A program made the translations under genes and the position numbers. Below, piece after piece: positions 51,835-58,631 of a stretch of DNA of 58,631 nt (position 1 is its first letter; each line of letters opens with the position of its first letter). The DNA is from Ilumatobacteraceae bacterium (GTDB lineage Bacteria; Actinomycetota; Acidimicrobiia; Acidimicrobiales; Ilumatobacteraceae), in contig JBBANY010000002.1 in assembly GCA_040401695.1 (NCBI GenBank), positions 1 to 58,631 of the forward strand, given 5' to 3'. The notes under the pieces are model-generated. The model saw only the letters and a program-made list of their open reading frames with translations. It was not told where the DNA came from and made no database searches.

Positions 51835-53985
51835 TCAGTGACTGAACTCGACCTTGGGAAGAATGCGGTCGAGCCACTTCGGCAGGTACCACGTCTTGTC
51901 GCCGAGAAGACCGAACAGTGATGGCACGAGCATCATTCGGATGAGCGTCGCGTCGAGCAGAACTGCGACGGCGAGCGTGATGCCGAGTTCGGTCGGCGGA
52001 ATCGGGCCGGTGACACCGAAGGCGATGAAGACCACGATCATGATGAGCGCGGCGTTCGTGATGGGGCGGCCGGTACGGGCAATTCCTTCGCGAATCGCCA
52101 ATTGCGAATCGCCCGTTGCGTCGTGGTGTTCCTTGATCGAAGCGAGCAGGAACAGCTGGTAGTCCATGGACAAGCCGAAAAGAAGTGCAAAGAAGAAGAG
52201 TGGTGCCCATGCGTTGATGAAGCCCTGTTCCTCGATACCGATCAGATTGGCGCCGATTCCGTACTGAAAGACGATGGTTGCGAAGCCGAAGCTCGCGGCG
52301 ACGGAGATGAGGTTCATCACGACTGATGCGAGGGCGATGGTGATGCTGCGGAACACGACGAGCAACAGAACGAATGCAACGATCATGATGAGCGCCACGG
52401 CGAGCGGGAACGATCCGATGAGTGCATCGGTCAGGTCGCCATTTTGTGAGCCGGGTCCGCCGACAAGTGCTTCGGGCGACACGTCGTTCACGGCGTTGCG
52501 GAGGCGTGTGACGGTGTCGTCGGTTGCGTTGTCGGACGGTCCAGTCTTCGGGAACGCACGAATGGCAAGACGCCCACTTTCAGCGGGTTCGGTCACGATC
52601 CCGACCTGAACGATGTTCGGGTCTCGTCCGACAACGTCGACGATCGCCTGGGCATCGGCGGCGGGAGCCGTGATGAACAGCGGTGCGACTCCTCCGTCAC
52701 CGAATGCGGCAACTGCGGCGTCGTAGCCGTCACGGCTCTGCGCGCCCTTGTCGACGACGCGCGCATCGGGCATGCCGAGGTCCATGCCTATGGCCGGAGC
52801 CGCAAGGCCAAGGAGCAAAAAGAGACCGAGCGCGAGAGTGCGTCGTGGTTTCCAGAGAGCCTTCGAAGTCCAGCGGGCCCATCGTCCTTCGGCCGCGCGA
52901 TCGGGGTCTTCTTTTGCGCGGCTGACGAGCACCCTGTCACCCATCGCAGCAAGCACGGCGGGCAGCAACGTGAAGCTGGCGAGCGACACCGCAACGACCG
53001 AAAGGATCATGCCGAGCGCCATCGAACGGAACACCATGATCGGCACGAGAAACAGAGCGGCGAGCGACAGAACAACCGCGAGAGCGGAGAGAAAAACAGC
53101 CTTGCCGGCAGTACCCAGCGCACTCGCCGTCGCTTCGGGCAGCGTCTTTCCTTCCTCGCGCTCCTCGCGATAGCGCGTCGTGATGAAAAGGCTGTAGTCG
53201 ATGCCGACCGCGAGACCGATCATCATCGAGAAGTTCATCGACCACACCGACAGGGGAGTGATGTTGCTCAGCAGGTTGATCGATGCCCAGCCGATGAAAA
53301 TGCCGGCAACGGCAAGTATCAAGGGAACGCCCGCGGCGATCGCGGATCCGAATGCAACGAACAACAGGATCAGCGTCGGCAACCCCGACAACAACTCTGC
53401 CTTGTGCAGGGCCTTCTCGTTCGACTCGTTGAAGTCGTGCCACACGGCCCACTCGCCGGTGACGTTCGCACGGGTTCCTTCCGGCAGCTCCTGTTCGGTG
53501 ACGAAGTGCATCAGTTTCCCAGCGGACTCCGGTCGGTCTGCGTCGACTCCGGCTGCCAGCGCCACCGGGATGAGGGCGGTCTTGCCATCGGGAGAAATGA
53601 GACCGGCTTCAGCGGGCATCATCGTCGGGTCAATCGCGCCGGCCGCACCCGGGGCGTCCATCAACGAGGCGGCAAGCGCTCGGACTGTTGCCGGCGAGTC
53701 CATGACGGCCACTTCCTGCACGACGACGACCATCGCGGCTTCAGCGCCCGCCTGTGGGAAGTCGCGACGCAATTCGTCGCGTACGTCGACGGCCGTCGAA
53801 CCCTGTGCTTCCCAGCCGGCGCCTGACAAGGCACTCGTCAGTGTGAGGGCCAGAGGTGCTGCCGCAAGGGTGACGATCGCCCAGAGGGCGATCATCGCCC
53901 AACGGTGGCGTACGGAGAATCGTGCGGTGGCGGGCAAGAGGCCGTGGGCATGTTCACGAGACTGTGCATTGGCATACGAGGTCAA
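51835..53985 (-). CDS. MMPL-family (RND-superfamily) membrane transporter
   Basis: 716 aa with two 6-TM bundles, each following an extracytoplasmic domain. Shows typical MMPL sequence (...MMIGLAVGIDYSLFITTRYREE..., ...LLFGLSMDYQLFLLASIKEH...). Confidence 0.9.
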   Translation of the reverse strand: MTSYANAQSREHAHGLLPATARFSVRHRWAMIALWAIVTLAAAPLALTLTSALSGAGWEAQGSTAVDVRDELRRDFPQAGAEAAMVVVVQEVAVMDSPATVRALAASLMDAPGAAGAIDPTMMPAEAGLISPDGKTALIPVALAAGVDADRPESAGKLMHFVTEQELPEGTRANVTGEWAVWHDFNESNEKALHKAELLSGLPTLILLFVAFGSAIAAGVPLILAVAGIFIGWASINLLSNITPLSVWSMNFSMMIGLAVGIDYSLFITTRYREEREEGKTLPEATASALGTAGKAVFLSALAVVLSLAALFLVPIMVFRSMALGMILSVVAVSLASFTLLPAVLAAMGDRVLVSRAKEDPDRAAEGRWARWTSKALWKPRRTLALGLFLLLGLAAPAIGMDLGMPDARVVDKGAQSRDGYDAAVAAFGDGGVAPLFITAPAADAQAIVDVVGRDPNIVQVGIVTEPAESGRLAIRAFPKTGPSDNATDDTVTRLRNAVNDVSPEALVGGPGSQNGDLTDALIGSFPLAVALIMIVAFVLLLVVFRSITIALASVVMNLISVAASFGFATIVFQYGIGANLIGIEEQGFINAWAPLFFFALLFGLSMDYQLFLLASIKEHHDATGDSQLAIREGIARTGRPITNAALIMIVVFIAFGVTGPIPPTELGITLAVAVLLDATLIRMMLVPSLFGLLGDKTWYLPKWLDRILPKVEFSH

Positions 53986-54040
53986 GGTGAAGTCACTTTC
54001 ATCAGGTGTGAGATGTCGGAAAACGAGCGCGACGAACGAG

Positions 54041-54310
54041 TCAGGCGAGCTTCAGGAACATCTTCTGGACGTCGTCGATCGAATAGCCCTCGCGGCGTGA
54101 GCGTTCGGGGTTGCCGACGCACCAGGTGAGCCCGGCTGCCACGAGGTTGAACCCGACCTGCTCGAGAGCCTTACCCGCCGCGGAGATCTGATTGACGACT
54201 TCGCGGCAGTCGCGTTCCTCTTCGAGCATTTGCTGGATTCCACGCACCTGGCCTTCGATGCGGCGAAGTCGCTTTTGCAGGTCGGCGATGGTGTCCTGTG
54301 GAATTTCCAT
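54041..54310 (-). CDS. CsoR/RcnR-family (DUF156) metal- or thiol-sensing transcriptional repressor
   Basis: ATG at 54310 gives 89 aa: LQKRLRRIEGQVRGIQQMLEEERDCREVVNQISAAGKAL... It has Cys35 and Cys64 but Gly at the position of the CsoR His ligand. Confidence 0.85.
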   Translation of the reverse strand: MEIPQDTIADLQKRLRRIEGQVRGIQQMLEEERDCREVVNQISAAGKALEQVGFNLVAAGLTWCVGNPERSRREGYSIDDVQKMFLKLA

Positions 54311-54321
54311 GTCGACACCAT

Positions 54322-54337
54322 ATACCCCTGGGGGTAT
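54322..54337. promoter_or_regulatory. CsoR-type operator ATACCCC-TG-GGGGTAT
   Basis: Perfect 7-bp GC-tract inverted repeat, 12 nt upstream of the repressor start codon. It has the same architecture as described CsoR operators (ATACCCC...GGGGTAT). Confidence 0.65.
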
Positions 54338-54350
54338 GCAAAACAAGACC

Positions 54351-55031
54351 TCAGGGGGTCTTTGCCGGCAGCGGCAGATGGTCGCGCAACAGGGCAAAGC
54401 GCAGCCCCGCCCGCGAGGCCTCGCGCATGACCACCTCGAGGCTCGCCGGCAACGAATCGAGGTAGTGCAGCAACACGATGTCGCCACGACGCAGCCCGGT
54501 TCCGCCGTCGGCGCGGATGATGCGTCCGCCATCGGCCATCACGTTCCACAACACGATCCGCGACAGACCACATGACTTCGCCGCACGCACGGTGTCGGAG
54601 TTCCAACCGCCACCAGGAGGGCGAAAGAACGCCGGGCGTCGGCGAATGACACGCTCGACCTCGCGGTTGCCCGCGCAGATTTCGGCTCGTTGATCCTTGT
54701 AGTTCATCGCGCTGACAATGCGGTGGGTCTGGCTGTGGTTCTCGAACGTCATTCCGGTCTGGCGCAGCAGGTTCACGAACCGGCGTCTGTGGCGGTTGAT
54801 TTGTTCGGGCAGCGCGAAGGTCGTGATCGGTATCCGGAGGTTGCGGATGTACTGGTTTGTCTCGCGCGACAGATGCGAGCCGTCGTCGACGGTGAGAAAC
54901 ACGACGGGTTCCTTCGTGGCCACATGGTCGATCACGTAGCCATCAGTCCGACCGGCGGCGTGCGCGGCGACGGGGGCAACCCCGAGAACGAACAGGCCGA
55001 CGGCCACACAACCCATTACTCGTCGACCCAT
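54351..55031 (-). CDS. secreted polysaccharide deacetylase (NodB homology domain) family protein
   Basis: Signal peptide MGCVAVGLFVLGVAPVAAHA. FLTVDDG (Asp-Asp metal/catalytic motif), HSQTH and RPPGG motifs. Confidence 0.8.
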   Translation of the reverse strand: MGRRVMGCVAVGLFVLGVAPVAAHAAGRTDGYVIDHVATKEPVVFLTVDDGSHLSRETNQYIRNLRIPITTFALPEQINRHRRRFVNLLRQTGMTFENHSQTHRIVSAMNYKDQRAEICAGNREVERVIRRRPAFFRPPGGGWNSDTVRAAKSCGLSRIVLWNVMADGGRIIRADGGTGLRRGDIVLLHYLDSLPASLEVVMREASRAGLRFALLRDHLPLPAKTP

Positions 55032-55086
55032 GTACTGTCACTATTGCAGACGCCACCGGTACGGGGTGGGGGCTGCTTCCGACGGG

Positions 55087-55128
55087 AAAGTGTCCGCCAA
55101 ACGCACCCGCGTGACTCTGTTCGGCATG
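55087..55128 (+). promoter_or_regulatory. promoter-like motif AAAGTGTCCGCC-N16-CTCTGT-N2-GGCATG upstream of the sigma-fusion gene
   Basis: It shares 24 nt at identical spacing with the site at 56807..56848, and ends 45 nt upstream of the sigma start codon. Confidence 0.5.
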
Positions 55129-55172
55129 CGTCGAAGACGGTCACGAGGCAGCAGGGGGGCCGACGGAGCGAG

Positions 55173-56783
55173 ATGGTGGAACAAAACGAACACAGTGCGA
55201 TCGTCGAAGGACTGCGCGCGGGTACCAACGAGGGTCTCGCCGCGTTCTACGACCTGTACGCCGACAAGCTCTACGACTTTGCCCGTCGCCAGTTGCGTGA
55301 CGCAGCGCTCGCTGCCGATGTCGTGCACGACACGGTGCTCATCGTGAAGAGCCGCATCGGCCAACTTCGCGACGAGTCGAAGTTCCGCGCCTGGGTGTAT
55401 GCCATCGTGCGCAATGAAGTACGCGCGAAGGCCCGTGCAAGGTCGCGGCACGTGCGCGAGGAGTACGCCCCCGAGCAATCGGTCGACCCCGACTTCGCCG
55501 GTGACCACGATCGCCGCGAACTCGCCTCGCTCATCAACGAAGCTGTCGCAGGCCTGACCGAACGCGAGCAAGAGGTGTTCCACCTCTTTGCCCGACAGGG
55601 GCTGTCGAACGACGAAATCGCGGCCAGCCTGGAACTGACCTTCGCCAACGCGCAAAAGCTGGTGCAGCGCGTGCGCGACCGCATCGCCCGCTCGGCCGGC
55701 GCCCTTCTTGTCGCCCGTCAAGGCCGCAAGGACTGCAGTGATCTGAACGTTCTTCTCGTCGACTGGGACGGCACGTTCTCGCCGCTGTGGCGCAAACGCA
55801 TCGCCCGCCACGTCGACGAATGCAGCGCATGTGAACGCAAGCGCGCCGTTCTACTGCAGCCCGGTGGCGCCGTCATGGCCGCGCCGTACTTCGCGGCACC
55901 CGAGTCGCTGCGCTCGCGCATCTTCGACTCCATCGCCGCCGGTGTCGACCTCGGCCTCAGTGCGATGCCCAAACCGCCGTTCCTGCGCCGGCCCGCGGTG
56001 CTGTCGTCGGTGGCGGGCATCGCCTTCGTTGCAATCGTCGGGGTGGTGGCGAACAACGGAACGCAGGCGCCGCGGTTCGTCGAGTCGTCGTCCACGTCGT
56101 CTTCGCCGGCGAGCACCGTCGACTCGACTGCTTCCGCTGACGCTGCAGCAACTGTCTCGTCGACGGTCCCGCCGTCGCCTGACTCCACTGTCTCGTCAAC
56201 GGTCCCGCCGGCGCCTGACACCACTGTCTCGTCGACTGCACCTGTCGCGCCGGCGACCACCGTCGACTCGACTGCGCCTGTCGCGCCGGCGGTGACCGTC
56301 GACTCGACTGCTTCCGCTGACGCTGCAGCAACTGTCTCGTCGACGGTCCCGCCGTCGCCTGAGGCCACCATCTCGTCGACGGTGCCGCCGGCGCCTGAGA
56401 CCACCATCGCGCCGGTGGTGGCGCCGGCGTCGCAGGCGTCCTCGACCGTTGCCCCGGTGGCGACAACCACGACGGCAAAGCCGGGGTCGAATTCGCCGTC
56501 CAAGTTCGGTGTTCCACAGTGTTCGGGTTTCGGCAACACGAAGCTGAAGGCCTTCACCCTGAAGATCCCGGTGACCGACCCCCAAGGCGTGGCCTCGGTG
56601 CGGATGCGGTTGACCACCGCGGCCGTGTGGCACGCCGCGGCGTTCCAGACCTCGGTGTGGTCGGCAAGCGTCGACAAGGTCGACATCGCGGCAACCAAGG
56701 CCACGGTCGCCGTCGAGGCCACCGACAAAGACGGTGCGGTGACCTCCACGCAGGTGGCCGTCTACGCCTCCACCTGCCCCTAG
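55173..56783 (+). CDS. ECF sigma factor fused to a zinc-finger (HxxxCxxC) anti-sigma motif, one TM helix and an extracytoplasmic Ser/Thr/Pro-rich repeat plus C-terminal domain
   Basis: ATG at 55173. Sigma region 2 (AFYDLYADKLYDFARRQLRDAALAADVVHDTVLIV) and region 4 HTH (LTEREQEVFHLFARQGLSNDEIAASL) are followed by KDCSDL...HVDECSACE and the TM AVLSSVAGIAFVAIVGVVA. The rest is an S/T/P/A repeat region and a two-Cys terminal domain of about 110 aa. The upstream part of track ORF 54690.. is unsupported. Confidence 0.8.
   Translation: MVEQNEHSAIVEGLRAGTNEGLAAFYDLYADKLYDFARRQLRDAALAADVVHDTVLIVKSRIGQLRDESKFRAWVYAIVRNEVRAKARARSRHVREEYAPEQSVDPDFAGDHDRRELASLINEAVAGLTEREQEVFHLFARQGLSNDEIAASLELTFANAQKLVQRVRDRIARSAGALLVARQGRKDCSDLNVLLVDWDGTFSPLWRKRIARHVDECSACERKRAVLLQPGGAVMAAPYFAAPESLRSRIFDSIAAGVDLGLSAMPKPPFLRRPAVLSSVAGIAFVAIVGVVANNGTQAPRFVESSSTSSSPASTVDSTASADAAATVSSTVPPSPDSTVSSTVPPAPDTTVSSTAPVAPATTVDSTAPVAPAVTVDSTASADAAATVSSTVPPSPEATISSTVPPAPETTIAPVVAPASQASSTVAPVATTTTAKPGSNSPSKFGVPQCSGFGNTKLKAFTLKIPVTDPQGVASVRMRLTTAAVWHAAAFQTSVWSASVDKVDIAATKATVAVEATDKDGAVTSTQVAVYASTCP
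56115..56405 (+). repeat. in-frame tandem duplication (180-bp period) within the extracytoplasmic linker of the sigma fusion
   Basis: 56115..56182 is identical to 56295..56362 (68 bp), and the next 45 bp or so are about 85% identical. The sub-repeat ACCGTCGACTCGACTGC occurs at 56115, 56259 and 56295. Confidence 0.85.
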
Positions 56784-56806
56784 ACCTGCCCCAATTCAGC
56801 CCGAAA

Positions 56807-56848
56807 AAAGTGTCCGCCCCGCGGGGGTTGGCGGCTCTGTAGGGCATG
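56807..56848 (+). promoter_or_regulatory. promoter-like motif AAAGTGTCCGCC-N16-CTCTGT-N2-GGCATG ending in the RCC1-gene start codon
   Basis: Same motif and spacing as 55087..55128. Here the terminal ATG is the start codon at 56846, which implies a leaderless transcript. Confidence 0.5.
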
Positions 56849-58531
56849 AAGCTCACATCGGCACTTGCCACCACAATCCTTGCCGCCTCAATTGCGGGAG
56901 GCCTGTCCATCGCCCAACCCGTTGCCGCGGCAACCTCAAGTCCCGTCGTGGCCCTGGCGGCAGGCGACGAACACACATGTGCCCTGTACGCCGACGGGGC
57001 GGTGCAGTGCTGGGGCGGCAACGACTTCGGTCAGTTGGGCAACCCCGACGTGGAGTCGTCGGCCGTGCCCGTGCGGGTGCAGTTGCCCGCAGACGCCGAG
57101 GCCATTGCGGTCGACACCGGTGCGTTCCACACGTGTGCGGTGACGCGCGACCACCGCGTCTACTGCTGGGGCTACAACGGATGGGGATCGATTGGCAACG
57201 GTACGTACACGAGCACGATCATTCCAGTCCTCGTCACCCTCGCGCCCTCGGCGGCCGTCGTCAGCGACGTGGCTGCAGGCGGGTTCACCACCTGTGTGTT
57301 GTTGTCGAACGGCACCGCACAGTGCTGGGGTCGCAATCAGTACGGCGAGGTGGGTGACGCCACGCGCACGATGCGCAACACCCCGACACCCGTCACCGGC
57401 GTCACCGATGCGCTCGACATCGATGCGGGAACGAACCACGTGTGCGTTCTGCGCAGCGTGGGCCGCGCGCAGTGTTGGGGTCGCGCCGCCGATGGCCGCA
57501 CCGGGGATCCGACCTTCGCCGACGTCGCAGAGATCAGCGCGGGCGGTGCCCACACCTGCATGCGCACCACCGTCGGCGGTCTGCGGTGCTGGGGTCTCAA
57601 CAACTACGGCCAACTCACGCCGAACAACATCGATGCAGGAATCGTTCGTGTCTCGGCCGGCGGTGCGCACACCTGTGTCGCAACGGATGGTGGCATCGTG
57701 CGCTGTTGGGGTGATGCGAGCTTTGGCCAACTGGGACTCGCGAACGTCGTCGTCGAAGGACGTTCGGTTCTCGAAGCGGTCGCCGGTACCCGCCACACCT
57801 GTGCCCGCCTCGACGACTCGTCGGTGTGGTGTTGGGGCGACAGCGTCGCTGGCCAGGCGGGCGACCATTCACTCACGCTCTCGGCAAGCCCCGTGAACCT
57901 GATCGTCGGTGTGCCACCCGCACCGCCGAGCCCCGAGCCGTCACCGGTCGATCCCGAGCCGATGCCGTCGCAGCCGGAGACTCCTGCGCCGGTCGAGCCC
58001 GCACCGTCGACACCCGACACCGTCATTGAGACGCCCGTTGAAGCACCCGTCCGGGTCGACCCGGTCGCGCCGCAGCCCGTCGAGAAGCAGGTCGCCGGCA
58101 CGCCATCGGAATCGGTGACGCTCGAAGCACCCGCAGTGACGCCGCCCGTCACAGCGAGCCCGCTCGCCATCGCCAAGCGCGGGGTATTGGAACTGCGCCT
58201 CGGTCGTGAGGCGAACCTGGTGCGCATCGCCCGCGCTGCAGGCGTGCGCCTGCCGGGGTCGTTGATCGCAGGTTCCCTCAGTCGTGCACGCAGCGTGAGC
58301 GCTCACCCGTTCACCCGGTTGCGCGTCGAGATGAAGGTCAGCCACCCGCGCAACTGCCGCAACGTGTTGACACCCGTGCTGGGCGCTGCCGTGCGTGCGA
58401 CGCGCGTGGGGGAGTGCCGTGTGACGCTGCGCATCTCGCGTGCCGGACGCCCCGACATCCTCCGCACGGTGCTCGTGCAAACCGTTGCAGCGGTGGTGCC
58501 CGTCAACAACCCGGCTCGCAACACGCGCTGA
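56846..58531 (+). CDS. secreted RCC1-repeat (beta-propeller) protein with Pro-rich linker and basic C-terminal domain
   Basis: Signal peptide (ILAASIAGGLSIAQPVAAA). About 7 repeats carry the H/T-xC-A/V...V-xCWG-xN-xxGQLG pattern. A PxP-rich linker (PPAPPSPEPSPVDPEPMPSQPETPAPVEPAPSTP) follows, then an Arg-rich domain of about 150 aa. Confidence 0.8.
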   Translation: MKLTSALATTILAASIAGGLSIAQPVAAATSSPVVALAAGDEHTCALYADGAVQCWGGNDFGQLGNPDVESSAVPVRVQLPADAEAIAVDTGAFHTCAVTRDHRVYCWGYNGWGSIGNGTYTSTIIPVLVTLAPSAAVVSDVAAGGFTTCVLLSNGTAQCWGRNQYGEVGDATRTMRNTPTPVTGVTDALDIDAGTNHVCVLRSVGRAQCWGRAADGRTGDPTFADVAEISAGGAHTCMRTTVGGLRCWGLNNYGQLTPNNIDAGIVRVSAGGAHTCVATDGGIVRCWGDASFGQLGLANVVVEGRSVLEAVAGTRHTCARLDDSSVWCWGDSVAGQAGDHSLTLSASPVNLIVGVPPAPPSPEPSPVDPEPMPSQPETPAPVEPAPSTPDTVIETPVEAPVRVDPVAPQPVEKQVAGTPSESVTLEAPAVTPPVTASPLAIAKRGVLELRLGREANLVRIARAAGVRLPGSLIAGSLSRARSVSAHPFTRLRVEMKVSHPRNCRNVLTPVLGAAVRATRVGECRVTLRISRAGRPDILRTVLVQTVAAVVPVNNPARNTR

Positions 58532-58558
58532 CATTCGTGTGACTGTGGTGGGCACATG

Positions 58559-58596
58559 AAAAGAGCCCCGGCCATGTGGCCGGGGCTCTTTTGTAT
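58559..58596 (+). terminator. intrinsic terminator
   Basis: 15-bp perfect stem AAAAGAGCCCCGGCC / GGCCGGGGCTCTTTT with loop ATGT, running into TTTTGTATT. It lies 28 nt after the stop at 58531. Confidence 0.8.
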
Positions 58597-58631
58597 TCCG
58601 TATTCGTGGGCTTCGGGCTAGTGCCCTCCGC

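Noticed and set aside
54690-55172. 161-codon N-terminal extension of the sigma-fusion ORF (GTG at 54690)
   Set aside because: The extension overlaps the polysaccharide deacetylase gene on the opposite strand and has no sigma-like sequence. Sigma region 2 begins right after ATG 55173, and the shared promoter-like motif lies inside the supposed extension.
55126-55347. 74-codon out-of-frame ORF starting at the ATG of the first promoter-like motif
   Set aside because: I do not call it a gene. It is Arg/Ser/Thr-rich and overlaps the sigma N-terminus in another frame. It is mentioned only as a possible leaderless upstream ORF in the promoter finding.

Overview
This is a gene-dense, high-GC (by eye about 63-66%) chromosomal segment, most likely from an actinobacterium; family or genus cannot be assigned from the sequence alone. 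I found no rRNA, tRNA, CRISPR array, transposase or integrase. About 58 protein genes are supportable.

Main gene groups:
- **Acyl-CoA and lipid metabolism:** SDRs, a thiolase, an acyl-CoA ligase, two acyl-CoA dehydrogenases, a 3-hydroxyacyl-CoA dehydrogenase and a CoA-transferase.
- **Sugar uptake:** a divergent CUT2-type sugar ABC system with two paralogous lipoprotein binding proteins, followed by a coupled SDR-P450 pair.
- **Phosphonate use:** a lower-GC island encoding an ABC importer plus a PhnY-like/PhnZ-like oxidative C-P cleavage pair.
- **Core biosynthesis:** ilvD, ilvBNC with a leader-peptide attenuator, ino1, folD and metY.
- **Other:** nei, a MacB/FtsX-type ABC pair, a small redox cluster, and a CsoR-family repressor with its operator upstream of an MMPL transporter.

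The observations most worth follow-up:
1. An AhpD/CMD-family gene is interrupted by a single in-frame TGA exactly at the second Cys of its CxxC motif. A SECIS-like GGUC hairpin follows, making it a candidate selenoprotein.
2. One polypeptide fuses an ECF sigma factor, a zinc anti-sigma motif, a TM helix and an extracytoplasmic domain. Its promoter-like motif is duplicated in front of the downstream secreted RCC1-repeat gene.
3. A family of about 55-nt palindromic intergenic repeats has four copies, three of them placed right after stop codons.
4. An ACCGTT(G/T)GGT motif recurs in four promoter regions.

All functional calls come from reading the translated ORFs and motifs by eye; no database search was run.
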